Shown here: positions 18,761 through 28,193 of the stretch, piece after piece
How the letters are laid out: every line of letters begins with the position of its first letter
Position numbering within the stretch: the first letter of the stretch is position 1
Assembly: GCA_963845515.1 (NCBI GenBank)
Contig: CAWJSR010000003.1
Location: 96,001-160,000 of the forward strand
Source of the DNA: an uncultured delta proteobacterium
GTDB taxonomy: Bacteria; Myxococcota; Myxococcia; Myxococcales; Anaeromyxobacteraceae
Direction of reading: 5' to 3'
DNA length: 64,000 nt
Made by a program: the position numbers and the translations under genes
The notes under the pieces: generated by a model
The model's input: the letters and a program-made list of their open reading frames with translations, nothing else
The model's database searches: none
Told to the model about the DNA's origin: nothing

Positions 18761-19795
18761 TCACGCGCCGCCGGGCCTCCGGAAGCCGCACTCGGCGCAG
18801 ACGGGGTGGCGCTCGTACCCATCGACGAGCGTCCTCAGCGGCTCCCCCTCCCAGAACTGGCCGAGGGTCAGCCCTGCGATCGATCCGAAGTCTCCGAGCT
18901 CGCGCCGCACCGCGGCCGGATGCGGGCAGGGCGCGAAGCGGCCGTCGACCAGGACCCACGCCTCGACGCCGACGAAGGGGCACGGTCCGGGCGGGAGCCG
19001 CTCCATGGGGTCATGCGGGAGCTCGACCGCGTTCTGCAGCTCGAAGCGCCGGCCGTTCGCGGTCCGGGCCTCGTCGGCGGCCGCGTGCATGAGGTGGACC
19101 GCCCGGTTCCATCGCGCGACCGCTTCCCAGCTCCGCCGGAGCGAGGCCTGCGCCAGCGATGGGAACCGCACCTGGAGGTGATTCACCTTCACGCGGTCGA
19201 CGCCGAGGGAGGCGGCGAGCCGGACGATCGCCGGCAGCTCCGCCACGTTCGCCTCCTGCGCCGTCACCTGGAAGGAGATCGTCGGCCTGACGCCGGTCCA
19301 GCCGGCGATCGAGTCCCTGTGGCCGATCACGATCCGCAGGTCGTCGATCGCGCTCTGGAGGTCGAGCCCGGACATGATCGCCGCCGTCGTCTCGGGCGTC
19401 GCGCCGTTCCAGGAGACCTTCAGGTCCGACGCGACCGGGAGCAGCCGCGCCGCCCACCGGGCCGGTCCACGTCCCGGCCACGTGCCGTTGGTGGTGAGGT
19501 TGAGCGAGAGCCCCCGGACCGAGCAGCGATCGACGAGCTGGTCGAGCCCCGCCCAGAGGAGCGGCTCGCCCATGGTCGACGGGATCACCTCCCGGAGCGC
19601 CGAGTCCTTCCGCTCGTCGAGGACCTCCAGGACCCGCTCGGGCGCCAGCCGGCGCGGCTGGGAGCGCCGATCCTGCTCGCCCCATGCCGGCGCGCCCACC
19701 CCGCACTCGCACATCGGGCAGCCGAGGTTGCAGTCGTCTGGGTTGGTGACGAAGGTAATTCGCCAGGGGCCGCCGTCGGAAGGTCTGGATCGCAT
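18761..19795 (-). CDS. Radical SAM protein with C-terminal SPASM/twitch-like Cys domain
   Basis: CNLGCPMC, MGEPLL, LTTNG; C-terminal CPF...PCPHP...CAEC. Confidence 0.9.
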   Translation of the reverse strand: MRSRPSDGGPWRITFVTNPDDCNLGCPMCECGVGAPAWGEQDRRSQPRRLAPERVLEVLDERKDSALREVIPSTMGEPLLWAGLDQLVDRCSVRGLSLNLTTNGTWPGRGPARWAARLLPVASDLKVSWNGATPETTAAIMSGLDLQSAIDDLRIVIGHRDSIAGWTGVRPTISFQVTAQEANVAELPAIVRLAASLGVDRVKVNHLQVRFPSLAQASLRRSWEAVARWNRAVHLMHAAADEARTANGRRFELQNAVELPHDPMERLPPGPCPFVGVEAWVLVDGRFAPCPHPAAVRRELGDFGSIAGLTLGQFWEGEPLRTLVDGYERHPVCAECGFRRPGGA

Positions 19796-19806
19796 TGACA
19801 GACAGC

Positions 19807-19820
19807 TCCGTCATAACGGA
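19807..19820. promoter_or_regulatory. Near-palindromic putative XRE operator between divergent genes
   Basis: TCCGTCATAACGGA (TCCGT/ACGGA arms) in the 38-bp gap between the radical SAM and XRE start codons. Confidence 0.5.
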
Positions 19821-19833
19821 AAACGTTCCAACC

Positions 19834-20508
19834 ATGAAGAGCACACGCGAGAAGGCGAAGGCGAAACCCACGAAGTCACGGAAGGGTGCCCCCAGCGCGG
19901 AGGCGCGGCCGGGCCCGGAGCCACGCGCCGAAGCCGCCGTGAGCACCGAGCTGACGCTGGTCGTCGGTCGAAACCTGCGGCGCCTTCGCGGCGAGCGCGG
20001 CCTCTCGCTCGAGAAGCTCTCGCGCGTCTCGGGCGTGTCCCGCGCGATGCTGGGCCAGATCGAGCTGGGCCAGAGCGCCCCGACCATCAACGTCGCGTGG
20101 AAGATCTCGACCGCGCTCGGCGTCCCCTTCTCGGCGCTCCTGAGCGAGCGGTCCGAGGGCGGGCTGCACCTCCTGAAGGCCGCCGACTCCAAGAAGCTCA
20201 CGAGCCACGACGGGAAGTTCATCTCCCGTGCACTCTTCCCGTTCGACGAGCGCAGGCGCGTGGAGTTCTACGAGCTCACGCTCCTCCCCGGCGGCGTCGA
20301 GCAGGCCCACGCCCACAACCCTGGAACGGTCGAGTACCTGGCGGTCTCGCAGGGACAGCTCGAGATGAACGTCGGCGACCGCAGGGAGGTCCTGAGCGCC
20401 GGCGACGCGATCGTGTTCGAGGCGGACGTCCCGCACGTCTACCGGAACCTCGCCGGGGGGGAGACCATGATGTACCTGGTGATGGTCTACGCCGACCTGG
20501 TCGGCTAG
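19834..20508 (+). CDS. XRE-family HTH regulator with cupin domain
   Basis: NLRRLRGERGLSLEKLS...GVSRAMLGQIE...PTI; cupin HAH...E...GDAIVFEADVPHVYRN. Confidence 0.92.
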   Translation: MKSTREKAKAKPTKSRKGAPSAEARPGPEPRAEAAVSTELTLVVGRNLRRLRGERGLSLEKLSRVSGVSRAMLGQIELGQSAPTINVAWKISTALGVPFSALLSERSEGGLHLLKAADSKKLTSHDGKFISRALFPFDERRRVEFYELTLLPGGVEQAHAHNPGTVEYLAVSQGQLEMNVGDRREVLSAGDAIVFEADVPHVYRNLAGGETMMYLVMVYADLVG

Positions 20509-20620
20509 GGACGCTGCTGGCGCCTGACCCCGGATCGGGCGACAGGCGTACATGGTGCGGCCGGGGGGCCCGGAGCGGGGTAGAGTGAAGGCTGACTCGG
20601 CGCCCGGGGGTCGGCCAGCC

Positions 20621-22042
20621 GTGAGAGAAGCCCGTATAGGAGACATCCTCGTCGAGCTCGGCGTCGCCACGCCGGCGCTGGTGGAGCGCGCGCTGAAGGA
20701 AGGGCGTGCGCGAAGTGAGCACCTCTGCACGCGGCTGTTGGCGCTGGGCGTCGACGAGAAGGCGCTGGCGGCGGCGCTCTCCCTGAAGCTCGGCTTCCCT
20801 GGGCTCGACCTGTCGCGCTCCGTCATCCAGCTGGACCTGCTCGACCTGGTCCCGCCGCAGGTGGCGGAGGCGGACCTCATCCTCCCGGTGTCCTCCGAGG
20901 GCGGCCGGCTCCACCTCGCGATGGCCCACCCCACCGAGGAGCGGATCCTCTCCGAGTTCAGGTTCGTGACCGGGCGGGAGGTCTCGCCGTGGATCGCCGT
21001 GACCGGGGCGCTCCGCGCAGCCATCGCCGCCGCCTACGCCGCCCGCGCGAAGGGCGAGAAGCTGCTCGCCGGCGCGGGCGCGGCGGTCCGCGACGTGCCC
21101 TTCCTCGCGGTGGCCTCGCACGCCGAGGACGAGGACGTCGTCTCGCTGGAGGCGGCCGACGAGCCCATCGAGGAGGAGCTGGAGCCGGAGGCGGAGCCGG
21201 TCGAGGCCGCCGACGCGACCGCGGACGAGGAAACCGAGGTCACGGTCGAGGTCGAGGCGCCCGATGCACCGGTCAGGCCGTCCGGGCCGCGCAGGATCCT
21301 GGTCGTCGACGACGAGCCGGAGATCCGTACGCTGGTGCAGACGATGCTCCAGAAGAAGGGGTACGAGGTCGACCTGGCGGTCGACGGCGGGGAGGCCTTC
21401 GCCAAGGCGGAGAGCTCGCTCCCCGACCTCGTGCTGCTGGACGCGATGCTCCCCAGGATCCACGGCTTCGACGTCTGCCGGAGGATCAAGAACGCCCCCA
21501 GGACGCGGAAGATCCCGGTCATCATGATGACCGCCATCTACAGGGGCTGGCGCTTCGCGCAGGACGCGCGGGAGGCGTACGGCGCCGAGGATTACGTCGA
21601 GAAGCCCTTCCGCCTCGACGACCTGCTGCGGCGCATCGAGGCCGCGCTCGAGGCGGCCGCTGGGCGCGAGCTTCCACCCCGTGCGTCCGGCGACTCAGCG
21701 GTCCAGAAGGGGAAGGCGCTGCTCCTCGCGGGACGGCTGGGGGAGGCGGTCGCCGCCTTCGAGTCGGCCACCCGCGTCGACCCCTGGTCGGCGGACGCCT
21801 GGTTCCACCTCGCGCGCGCTCTCCGCGCGGAGGGGGATCCCTTCCGCGCGATGACCGCCTTCGAGCGCTCCCTCGAGGTGCGCGCCAAGCACCTCCCTGC
21901 GCTGAGGGCGCTCGCCGGCCTGTACGAGGAGAAGGGGTTCCGCAGGAAGGCGGCCGAGGCGCTGGAGCGGGCCTTCGCCGCCGCCACCGACGCGGAGACC
22001 AGGGCCACCGTGAAGGCCGACCTGCTGCGGTTGCTCGGATGA
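20621..22042 (+). CDS. MshEN/GspE-N domain + acidic linker + REC + TPR protein
   Basis: RIGDILVELG, LHLAMAHP (T2SSE_N-like); REC ILVVDDE...LLD...KPF; C-terminal TPRs. Start approximate (ORF open from 20552). Confidence 0.85.
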   Translation: MREARIGDILVELGVATPALVERALKEGRARSEHLCTRLLALGVDEKALAAALSLKLGFPGLDLSRSVIQLDLLDLVPPQVAEADLILPVSSEGGRLHLAMAHPTEERILSEFRFVTGREVSPWIAVTGALRAAIAAAYAARAKGEKLLAGAGAAVRDVPFLAVASHAEDEDVVSLEAADEPIEEELEPEAEPVEAADATADEETEVTVEVEAPDAPVRPSGPRRILVVDDEPEIRTLVQTMLQKKGYEVDLAVDGGEAFAKAESSLPDLVLLDAMLPRIHGFDVCRRIKNAPRTRKIPVIMMTAIYRGWRFAQDAREAYGAEDYVEKPFRLDDLLRRIEAALEAAAGRELPPRASGDSAVQKGKALLLAGRLGEAVAAFESATRVDPWSADAWFHLARALRAEGDPFRAMTAFERSLEVRAKHLPALRALAGLYEEKGFRRKAAEALERAFAAATDAETRATVKADLLRLLG

Positions 22043-22146
22043 GGCGGCGGACGCCCCGATGAGGACGCGGCTCCCTGCCTTGCACGTGGATATGTTCCTC
22101 CCGTGGGCGAGCTGGTCGCAGGGCCAGACGCCCATTCGGGGGTCGG

Positions 22147-22347
22147 ATGACGGAGCAGTTCGGAACAGAGACGCGCCTCGTACCGCAGGGTGAGCTCCTG
22201 CGCAGGGCCATGCGCTGGCTCGACGACCGGCGCCGCGACGGGATCGAGCTGCCGCGGGCCCGGCTCGTCGAGGAGGCGGCGGTCCGCTTCAACCTCACGC
22301 CCTGGGAGGAGGAGTTCCTCCTCCAGACCTGGGCGCGCGACGGCTAG
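22147..22347 (+). CDS. Small hypothetical protein
   Basis: 66 aa, PQGELLRRAMRWL...LVEEAAVRFNLTP..EEFL; host-like codon usage. Confidence 0.75.
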   Translation: MTEQFGTETRLVPQGELLRRAMRWLDDRRRDGIELPRARLVEEAAVRFNLTPWEEEFLLQTWARDG

Positions 22348-22460
22348 CGCCCCGAGCGATCCGCCGGCCGCGGCCGGCGCCCTCGCCGGTGCGGCTCGCC
22401 ACATCACCATGCGTGGGCGGAGGAACTGGTGCTACCATCGCGCCTCCTGGAGGGGTTCAC

Positions 22461-22883
22461 ATGGCGTGGTGGATGTGGATGGTGATGGGCGTGGTCCTGC
22501 TCGTGGTCGAGATGGCGACGCCCGGCGGCCTCTTCGCGATCTTCTTCGGGATAGCGGCGTTCGTCGTCGCGCCGATCGCGGCTTACGGCGCCGGCCCGGC
22601 GCTTCAGTGGACGCTCTACACGGTGGTCTCGCTCGCGCTCGTCGGCACCCTCCGCAGCTACCTCTCACGGCGGCTCGCGGCCAGGGGCTCCGTCCCCGTC
22701 GAGAACCTGCTCGGCGAGCAGGCGACCCTCCTCGAGGATCTCCCCGCGGGCGGCGCCGGCAAGGCCGAGCTGCGCGGCACCCCCTGGACCGCCCGCTCCG
22801 TGTCGGGGGAGGCGCTGTCGAAGGGGCAGCGCTGCCGTGTCGAACGGATCGACGGGCTCACGCTCTGGCTGCGCGCCGAGTAG
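22461..22883 (+). CDS. nfeD: NfeD family membrane protein
   Basis: Hydrophobic N-terminus WMVMG..LLVVE, C-terminal OB fold G...RGTPWTA...V..IDGLTL; directly upstream of an SPFH gene. Confidence 0.88.
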   Translation: MAWWMWMVMGVVLLVVEMATPGGLFAIFFGIAAFVVAPIAAYGAGPALQWTLYTVVSLALVGTLRSYLSRRLAARGSVPVENLLGEQATLLEDLPAGGAGKAELRGTPWTARSVSGEALSKGQRCRVERIDGLTLWLRAE

Positions 22884-22916
22884 CGGCGCGCTCTCTACTC
22901 ATACCTGGAGGTACCA

Positions 22917-23912
22917 ATGGAGACTGTCAACTCGGCGCTCGTCGTCGCGCTCGTCATCGCGGCCTTCGCGATCTTCGTCGTCATCAAGACGGCGGTCGTC
23001 GTCCCGCAGCAGAACGCCTTCGTCGTGGAGCGGCTCGGGAAGTTCCACCTGATCCTCGAGCCGGGCTTCCACGTCCTCTTCCCGTTCTTCGACGTCATCC
23101 GCTACCGCCACACGCTCAAGGAGCAGGCGCTCGACATCCCCGAGCAGGTCTGCATCACGAACGACAACGTGCAGGTCGCGGTGGACGGCCTCCTCTATCT
23201 CAAGGTGCTCGACCCGCAGCGCGCCAGCTACGGCATCGCCGACTACTACTACGCGATCAGCCAGCTCGCGCAGACGGCCCTGCGGAGCGAGATCGGCAAG
23301 ATCACGCTCGACCGCACCTTCGAGGAGCGCAGCCACATCAACGCGCAGGTGGTCGACGAGCTCGACAAGGCCTCGGCGCCCTGGGGCGTGAAGGTGCTCC
23401 GGTACGAGATCAAGAACATCACCCCGCCCCGTGACGTGCTCGCCGCGATGGAGAAGCAGATGCGCGCAGAGCGGGAGAAGCGCGCGGTGATCCTCGCGTC
23501 CGAGGGAGAGCGCGACGCCGCCATCAACAGCGCCGAGGGACAGAAGCAGCAGGTCATCAAGGCCTCCGAGGCGAAGCGGCAGCAGCAGATCAACGAGGCG
23601 CAGGGCCAGGCCGAGGCGATCCTCGCCATCGCCACGGCGACCGCCGAGGGGATCCACAAGGTCTCCGAGGTGATCGCGAGCCCGGGCGGCCAGGAGGCGG
23701 TCCAGCTCCGCGTGGCCGAGCAGTACGTGAAGGAGTTCGGCTCGCTCGCGAGGACGACCAACACCGTCATCCTGCCGGCCACCGTCTCCGACATCGGGTC
23801 CATGATCGCGCTCGCCATGAACGTCTTCAAGAACGCCGCCCCGGTGCTGCCGACGTCGCAGCCTCCGCGCGCGCCGGTCGGACCGCCGCGCCCCAGGCCG
23901 GTCACCGACTAG
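22917..23912 (+). CDS. SPFH/stomatin-like (paraslipin) protein
   Basis: VVERLGKF, ITNDNV, QLAQTALRSEIGK, WGVKVLRYEIKNI, QMRAEREKRA. Confidence 0.95.
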   Translation: METVNSALVVALVIAAFAIFVVIKTAVVVPQQNAFVVERLGKFHLILEPGFHVLFPFFDVIRYRHTLKEQALDIPEQVCITNDNVQVAVDGLLYLKVLDPQRASYGIADYYYAISQLAQTALRSEIGKITLDRTFEERSHINAQVVDELDKASAPWGVKVLRYEIKNITPPRDVLAAMEKQMRAEREKRAVILASEGERDAAINSAEGQKQQVIKASEAKRQQQINEAQGQAEAILAIATATAEGIHKVSEVIASPGGQEAVQLRVAEQYVKEFGSLARTTNTVILPATVSDIGSMIALAMNVFKNAAPVLPTSQPPRAPVGPPRPRPVTD

Positions 23913-23925
23913 GGGTCTCCTCGCG

Positions 23926-25103
23926 ATGCGGTCCGGCATCCCGGGCGCCGGCAGGAAGCTCCTCCTGCCGGCGCTGGCCGCCTTCCCGGCGGTGGCCCGC
24001 GCCGCCGACGGCGCGCGCCCGTTCTTCGAGGCCAGGCTGCCGGACGCGCTCCGGACGTCCGGGCCGGGCGGCCTGCTCTGGTGGCAGTGGCTGGCGCTCC
24101 CGCTCGCGCTCCTCGCGGCCTGGGGGATCGGCTCCGCGCTGGGCTGGCTGACCCGCTGGCTGTTCGGTCGGCTCGTCGCGCGCACCTCGACCGAGTGGGA
24201 CGACGAGCTCCTGCGGCGGCTCCACGGGCCGCTCGCAGCGCTCTGGGCGCTCCTGGCCCTGGGGCTGGTCGAGCCGGCGCTGGCGCTCCCCGGGGGCTCG
24301 GCGATCGCGTGGAGCACCTCCTGCGCGCCGCCGCGTGGTTCGTCCTGTTCTGGGGGCTCTCGCGAGCAGCGGCGGTCGGCTTCGCGGCGGCGCAGAGCGC
24401 GGCGTGGTCCCGGCAGAACGCGGGGCTCGGCGGGATGCTGCCGCTCGCCAGGAAGATCGCGCAGGGCGTCCTCATCGGCCTCGGCGCGGTCGCCCTCCTG
24501 AACGAGCTGGGCTTCCAGGTCACGAGCATCCTCGCCGGCCTCGGGATCGGTGGCCTCGCCGTCGCCCTCGCCGCGCAGAAGACCGTCGAGCACCTCTTCG
24601 GCTCGATCGCGATCGGAGTGGACCAGCCCTTCCGCGTCGGTGACTTCGTCAACATCGAAGGGGTCGTCGGGACGGTGGAGTCGATCGGCGGGCGCTCGAC
24701 CCGCGTCCGGACGCTCGACCGGACGGTCGTCACCTTCCCGAACGGCAAGCTGGCCGAGACACGGAGCGAGTCGATCAGCGCGCGCGACCGGATCCGGCTC
24801 TGGACGAACCTCGGGCTCTCCTACTCGACGACCGCGGAGCAGCTGCGTCGCGTCCTCGCGGAGGTGGAGGCCGCCCTCCGCGCCCACCCGAAGATCTGGC
24901 CGGAGACGGTGGCGGTCTGCTTCACCGACTTCAAGGACTCGACGCTGAACGTCGAGGTGATGGCCTGGTTCCAGACGACCGACTGGAACGAGTTCACGGC
25001 CATCCGGCAGGAGCTCCTGCTTCGCTTCATGGAGATCGTGGAGCGGGAGGGGACGAGCTTCGCCTTCCCGACGCGGACCGTCCACGTCGTCCGCGAGCGC
25101 TGA
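23926..25103 (+). CDS. MscS family mechanosensitive channel (frameshift near 24290)
   Basis: SILAGLGIGGLAVALAAQKT, DQPFRVGD, GTVESIGGRSTRVRT, FAFPTRT; TM N-terminus sits in a different frame, break at a C/G homopolymer. Confidence 0.88.
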
Positions 25104-25110
25104 AAAGACG

Positions 25111-25142
25111 AGAGGCCCGACCGTCTCCGGCCGGGCCTCTTC
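25111..25142. terminator. Hairpin between convergent mscS and tRNA-Ala
   Basis: AGAGGCCCG-A-CCG...CGG-C-CGGGCCTCT inverted repeat; AAAA nearby gives a minus-strand U run. Confidence 0.6.
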
Positions 25143-25144
25143 TG

Positions 25145-25217
<73 letters not shown>

Positions 25218-25250
25218 GAGACGGCGTCCCCCTTGATGCGAGGGGAAGCA

Positions 25251-25280
25251 CCTTTAACGGTTCGGGGGGGAGAGTGTCAA
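25251..25280 (-). promoter_or_regulatory. Putative sigma70 promoter of tRNA-Ala
   Basis: Perfect TTGACA, 17-18 nt spacer, TTAAAG/TAAAGG upstream of the tRNA. Confidence 0.55.
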
Positions 25281-25470
25281 GCGCGTCCAGACGTTGCGCG
25301 CTCCCCGCCGGTCGCCGCGATCGCGGGCTCACCCGCGCGGTGCTGCGGCCTTTCGGCAGGTCGGAAGAGCGGGTGCCCAGGTGGGGTACGGTAGGTGCGC
25401 CATCTGCGCGTCTTTTCAGGGCAAATCGTTTGACTACGCCCCTCGACCCCTGCTATCCGAAGTCACGCCC

Positions 25471-27711
25471 ATGCCCCCTCCGACCAAGCAGTACTCCGCC
25501 GCCGAGCTCACTTCGCTCGAGCACGCCTTCGCGTCCGATCCGACGTCCGACGCCTACCGGCCGCTCGCCGAGGCCTACCTGGCTCTAGGCCGGTTCATGG
25601 AGGCGATGGTCGTCTGCAAGAAGGGCGTAAAGGCCCACGCGGACGACCCCTCCCCCCGCGTGCTGCTCGCGCGCGTCTACTCGGACCAGGGCAAGGATCG
25701 GAAGGCGCTCGAGGAGCTGCAGGCCGTGCTCCAGACGTGGCCGGCGTTCGCTGTCGCGAACCGCATGGCCGGCGTGCTGCACCTGCGGCTGGGCGAGCGC
25801 GACGCCGGCATCGCCGCGCTGCGCCGGGCGCTGGAGGCCAACCCGGGCGACGCGGAGTCGATCGCGATCCTCCAGCAGAACGGGGTCTCGGCGGCCGCGC
25901 CGGCCGCTCCCGTCGCGCCGCGCGCCGCGCCGGCGCCGGCCTCCGCACGTCCGGGCGCGCCGGCGGCGCCGCGCGCCACCGGCGCGGCGATTCCCCGGGC
26001 CGCCGCCCCTGCTGCGATGGAGCAGCCGACTCCGACGCCGCCTCCGACCGCCGGCCAGACCGCGCGCACGGCCTACGCCGACGCGCTCGCCGAGAAGTAC
26101 GCCACCCGCGAGTTCTCGCTGGAGAGCCTGGAGAAGGGGCGCGGGGTCAAGAAGAAGAGCAAGTCCACCGCGGTGGCCACCGTCGCGCTCCTCGGGGTGG
26201 TCGTCGTCGCGCTCGGCGGCTTCGCCGTGTACACCCAGGCGCGCAAGACCCGGATCGAGACGATCGACAAGCTGCTGAAGGAGACGCAGGGGCTCCTGGA
26301 GCGCGACGCGTGGCCGGCCTACAAGGAGGCCGCCGCGAAGAGCGCCGAGGTGGTGGAGCTCGACGCGACGATCCTCTCGGGCCACGCGTACCTCGCGTGG
26401 GTCGACGCCGTCAGATGGGCAGAGCACGCCGAGGGCGACTCCGTGCGTGACGAGGCCCAGAAGGCGCTGGTCGCGGGCAAGGCGCTCGGCACGCACTCGC
26501 ACCTCGTGGCAGCCGAGTCGTTCCTCAGGTACTTCTCCAACGATCAGGCCGGTGGGCTCGAGGTGCTTCAGGGCGTCCTGGGAGGCGACGAAGGCTCCCA
26601 GAGCCCGTTCCTGCTGGGGGTCCTCGGCTCGCTCCAGATGGCGGGCGGGGATCTCGACGCGGCGCGCGAGACGCTCACCAGGGCGCAGAAGACGAACCCC
26701 GGCGACGCCCGGCTGGCGCAGCTGCTCGCCGAGCAGTTCCGGCGGCGTGGAACGGGGTACGAGCTGTCGGCGACCGGGATGTTCGACCTCGCGCTCCGCA
26801 TCCAGAAGGATCACGTCCCGTCGCTGCTCGGGAAGTCGCTCCTCCTGCTCGATCGCGGGCAGCTCGACGAGGCGCAGAAGGGGGCGGATCGCACGCTCGA
26901 CCCCCGCATCGAGGCCTCGCCACGCCAGCGGGCGCTCGCGCTCATGATCCGTGCCTCCGTGCGCCACGCGCAGGGGAAGGCGCAGGAGGCCGCCGCGGAC
27001 GAGGCGGAGGCGGCGAAGCTCGATCCTCGCAGCGCGGAGCTGCCGTACCTCCTCGGCCGACGCAAGCTGCGCGACGGGGACGCCGCAGGTGCAGTCGACG
27101 CCTTCCAGAAGGCGATCTCGCTGGACGGCAAGCGCGTGGCCTTCTACGTCGACCTCGTGCAGGCGCTGCTCGCCCAGGACGGCGGCCCGAAGAAGGCGAT
27201 CGATCTCCTCCAGGGGGCGGTCGCCAGGCTGGGCGACAACCCGCGCCTGGCGCTCCTCCTCGGCCAGGCCTACCAGGCGCAGGGGGACGCCGATCGTGCC
27301 CAGGGGCAGTTCGAGCGGTCGATCCAGCTCGGGCGCCCGTTCCCCGACGCACGCGTCGCGCTCGCGAGGCTGCGGCTCTCCCAGAAGAACGTGGGTCAGG
27401 CGCTCGCCGAGCTCGACCTCGCGATCCGCGAGTACGGTGTGGGCGGTGCTGGCGGCGCGGCGCGCGCCTACGTCGAGATGGCGGAGGCCGAGAAGTCGCG
27501 CAACGCGAAGCGTGAGCTGGTCGCCGGGTACTACGAGGAGGCGCTGAAGCGCGACCCGGCCAACTGCGACGGACTCTGGGGCGCGGCCAAGCTCCAGCTC
27601 GACGCCGGCCAGTTCGACGAGGCCGCGCGTGGCCGGATGGACACCTACGCGAAGAGCTGCCCGCGCGCGGCGCACGCCGCCGAGGCGACGAGGCTGACGG
27701 CGGGGAAGTAG
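25471..27711 (+). CDS. Bitopic tetratricopeptide repeat protein
   Basis: N-terminal TPRs, Pro/Ala linker, single TM (VATVALLGVVVVALGGFAVY), many C-terminal TPRs. Confidence 0.85.
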   Translation: MPPPTKQYSAAELTSLEHAFASDPTSDAYRPLAEAYLALGRFMEAMVVCKKGVKAHADDPSPRVLLARVYSDQGKDRKALEELQAVLQTWPAFAVANRMAGVLHLRLGERDAGIAALRRALEANPGDAESIAILQQNGVSAAAPAAPVAPRAAPAPASARPGAPAAPRATGAAIPRAAAPAAMEQPTPTPPPTAGQTARTAYADALAEKYATREFSLESLEKGRGVKKKSKSTAVATVALLGVVVVALGGFAVYTQARKTRIETIDKLLKETQGLLERDAWPAYKEAAAKSAEVVELDATILSGHAYLAWVDAVRWAEHAEGDSVRDEAQKALVAGKALGTHSHLVAAESFLRYFSNDQAGGLEVLQGVLGGDEGSQSPFLLGVLGSLQMAGGDLDAARETLTRAQKTNPGDARLAQLLAEQFRRRGTGYELSATGMFDLALRIQKDHVPSLLGKSLLLLDRGQLDEAQKGADRTLDPRIEASPRQRALALMIRASVRHAQGKAQEAAADEAEAAKLDPRSAELPYLLGRRKLRDGDAAGAVDAFQKAISLDGKRVAFYVDLVQALLAQDGGPKKAIDLLQGAVARLGDNPRLALLLGQAYQAQGDADRAQGQFERSIQLGRPFPDARVALARLRLSQKNVGQALAELDLAIREYGVGGAGGAARAYVEMAEAEKSRNAKRELVAGYYEEALKRDPANCDGLWGAAKLQLDAGQFDEAARGRMDTYAKSCPRAAHAAEATRLTAGK

Positions 27712-27737
27712 AGGGGGCCGCACCCATCTCCCGCCTC

Positions 27738-27788
27738 GGGGATGCACCTCTCCCCCGCCCCCGCGGGGGAGAGGCTGGGTGAGGGGGC
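27738..27788. repeat. BoxC-like palindromic repeat (copy C)
   Basis: Identical to 17288-17338. Confidence 0.9.
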
Positions 27789-27844
27789 GTCGTACCCGTC
27801 GGCTATCCTCACTCTCCGTGAGCCACACGCCCCCAGCGCTCCGT

Positions 27845-28008
27845 GAGTTCCGTCGCGAACTTCGACGGGCTCGACAGACGCACAGCGCTGAAGGTTATGC
27901 GCGTCAGGAAGCTTCGCTTCTCCAACCAGGGATGTGCTGAAGGAGCTGGAGGGCGCGGGCGAGGCCGTCCGGGTTTGGGTCCAGGGGCTCACGGATGGTG
28001 AACGGCTT
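27845..28008 (+). pseudogene. Decayed DUF559 (Vsr-like endonuclease) relic
   Basis: EFRRELRR/STDAQR resembles the DUF559 N-terminus; RKLRFSNQ/DVLKELEGAGEAVR resembles its C-terminus; frameshifts and loss of the catalytic middle; flanked by inverted repeats C and D. Confidence 0.6.
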
Positions 28009-28051
28009 GCCCCCTCACCAGACCTCTCCCCCGCCGGAGCGGGGGAGAGGG
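28009..28051. repeat. BoxC-like palindromic repeat (copy D, inverted relative to C)
   Basis: GCCCCCTCACCAGACCTCTCCCCCGC-CGGA-GCGGGGGAGAGGG. Confidence 0.85.
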
Positions 28052-28193
28052 AAGTCTTCCGCGAAGTCGCATTTCCGCGGGCGCACGCTGTTCAAGCCTT
28101 CCCGCTCCACGCGGCCCGCAATGAGGCTAATGGTCAGCGCGGGGGAGGGAAGCTCCCCCGCGAGGGCGACCGCTCCCGCTGGCGAGCGTCCTG

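Noticed and set aside
18761..19795. Radical SAM enzyme as part of the YcaO-TfuA pathway
   Set aside because: More than 10 kb away with unrelated housekeeping genes between, and no precursor peptide or RRE/PqqD partner seen.
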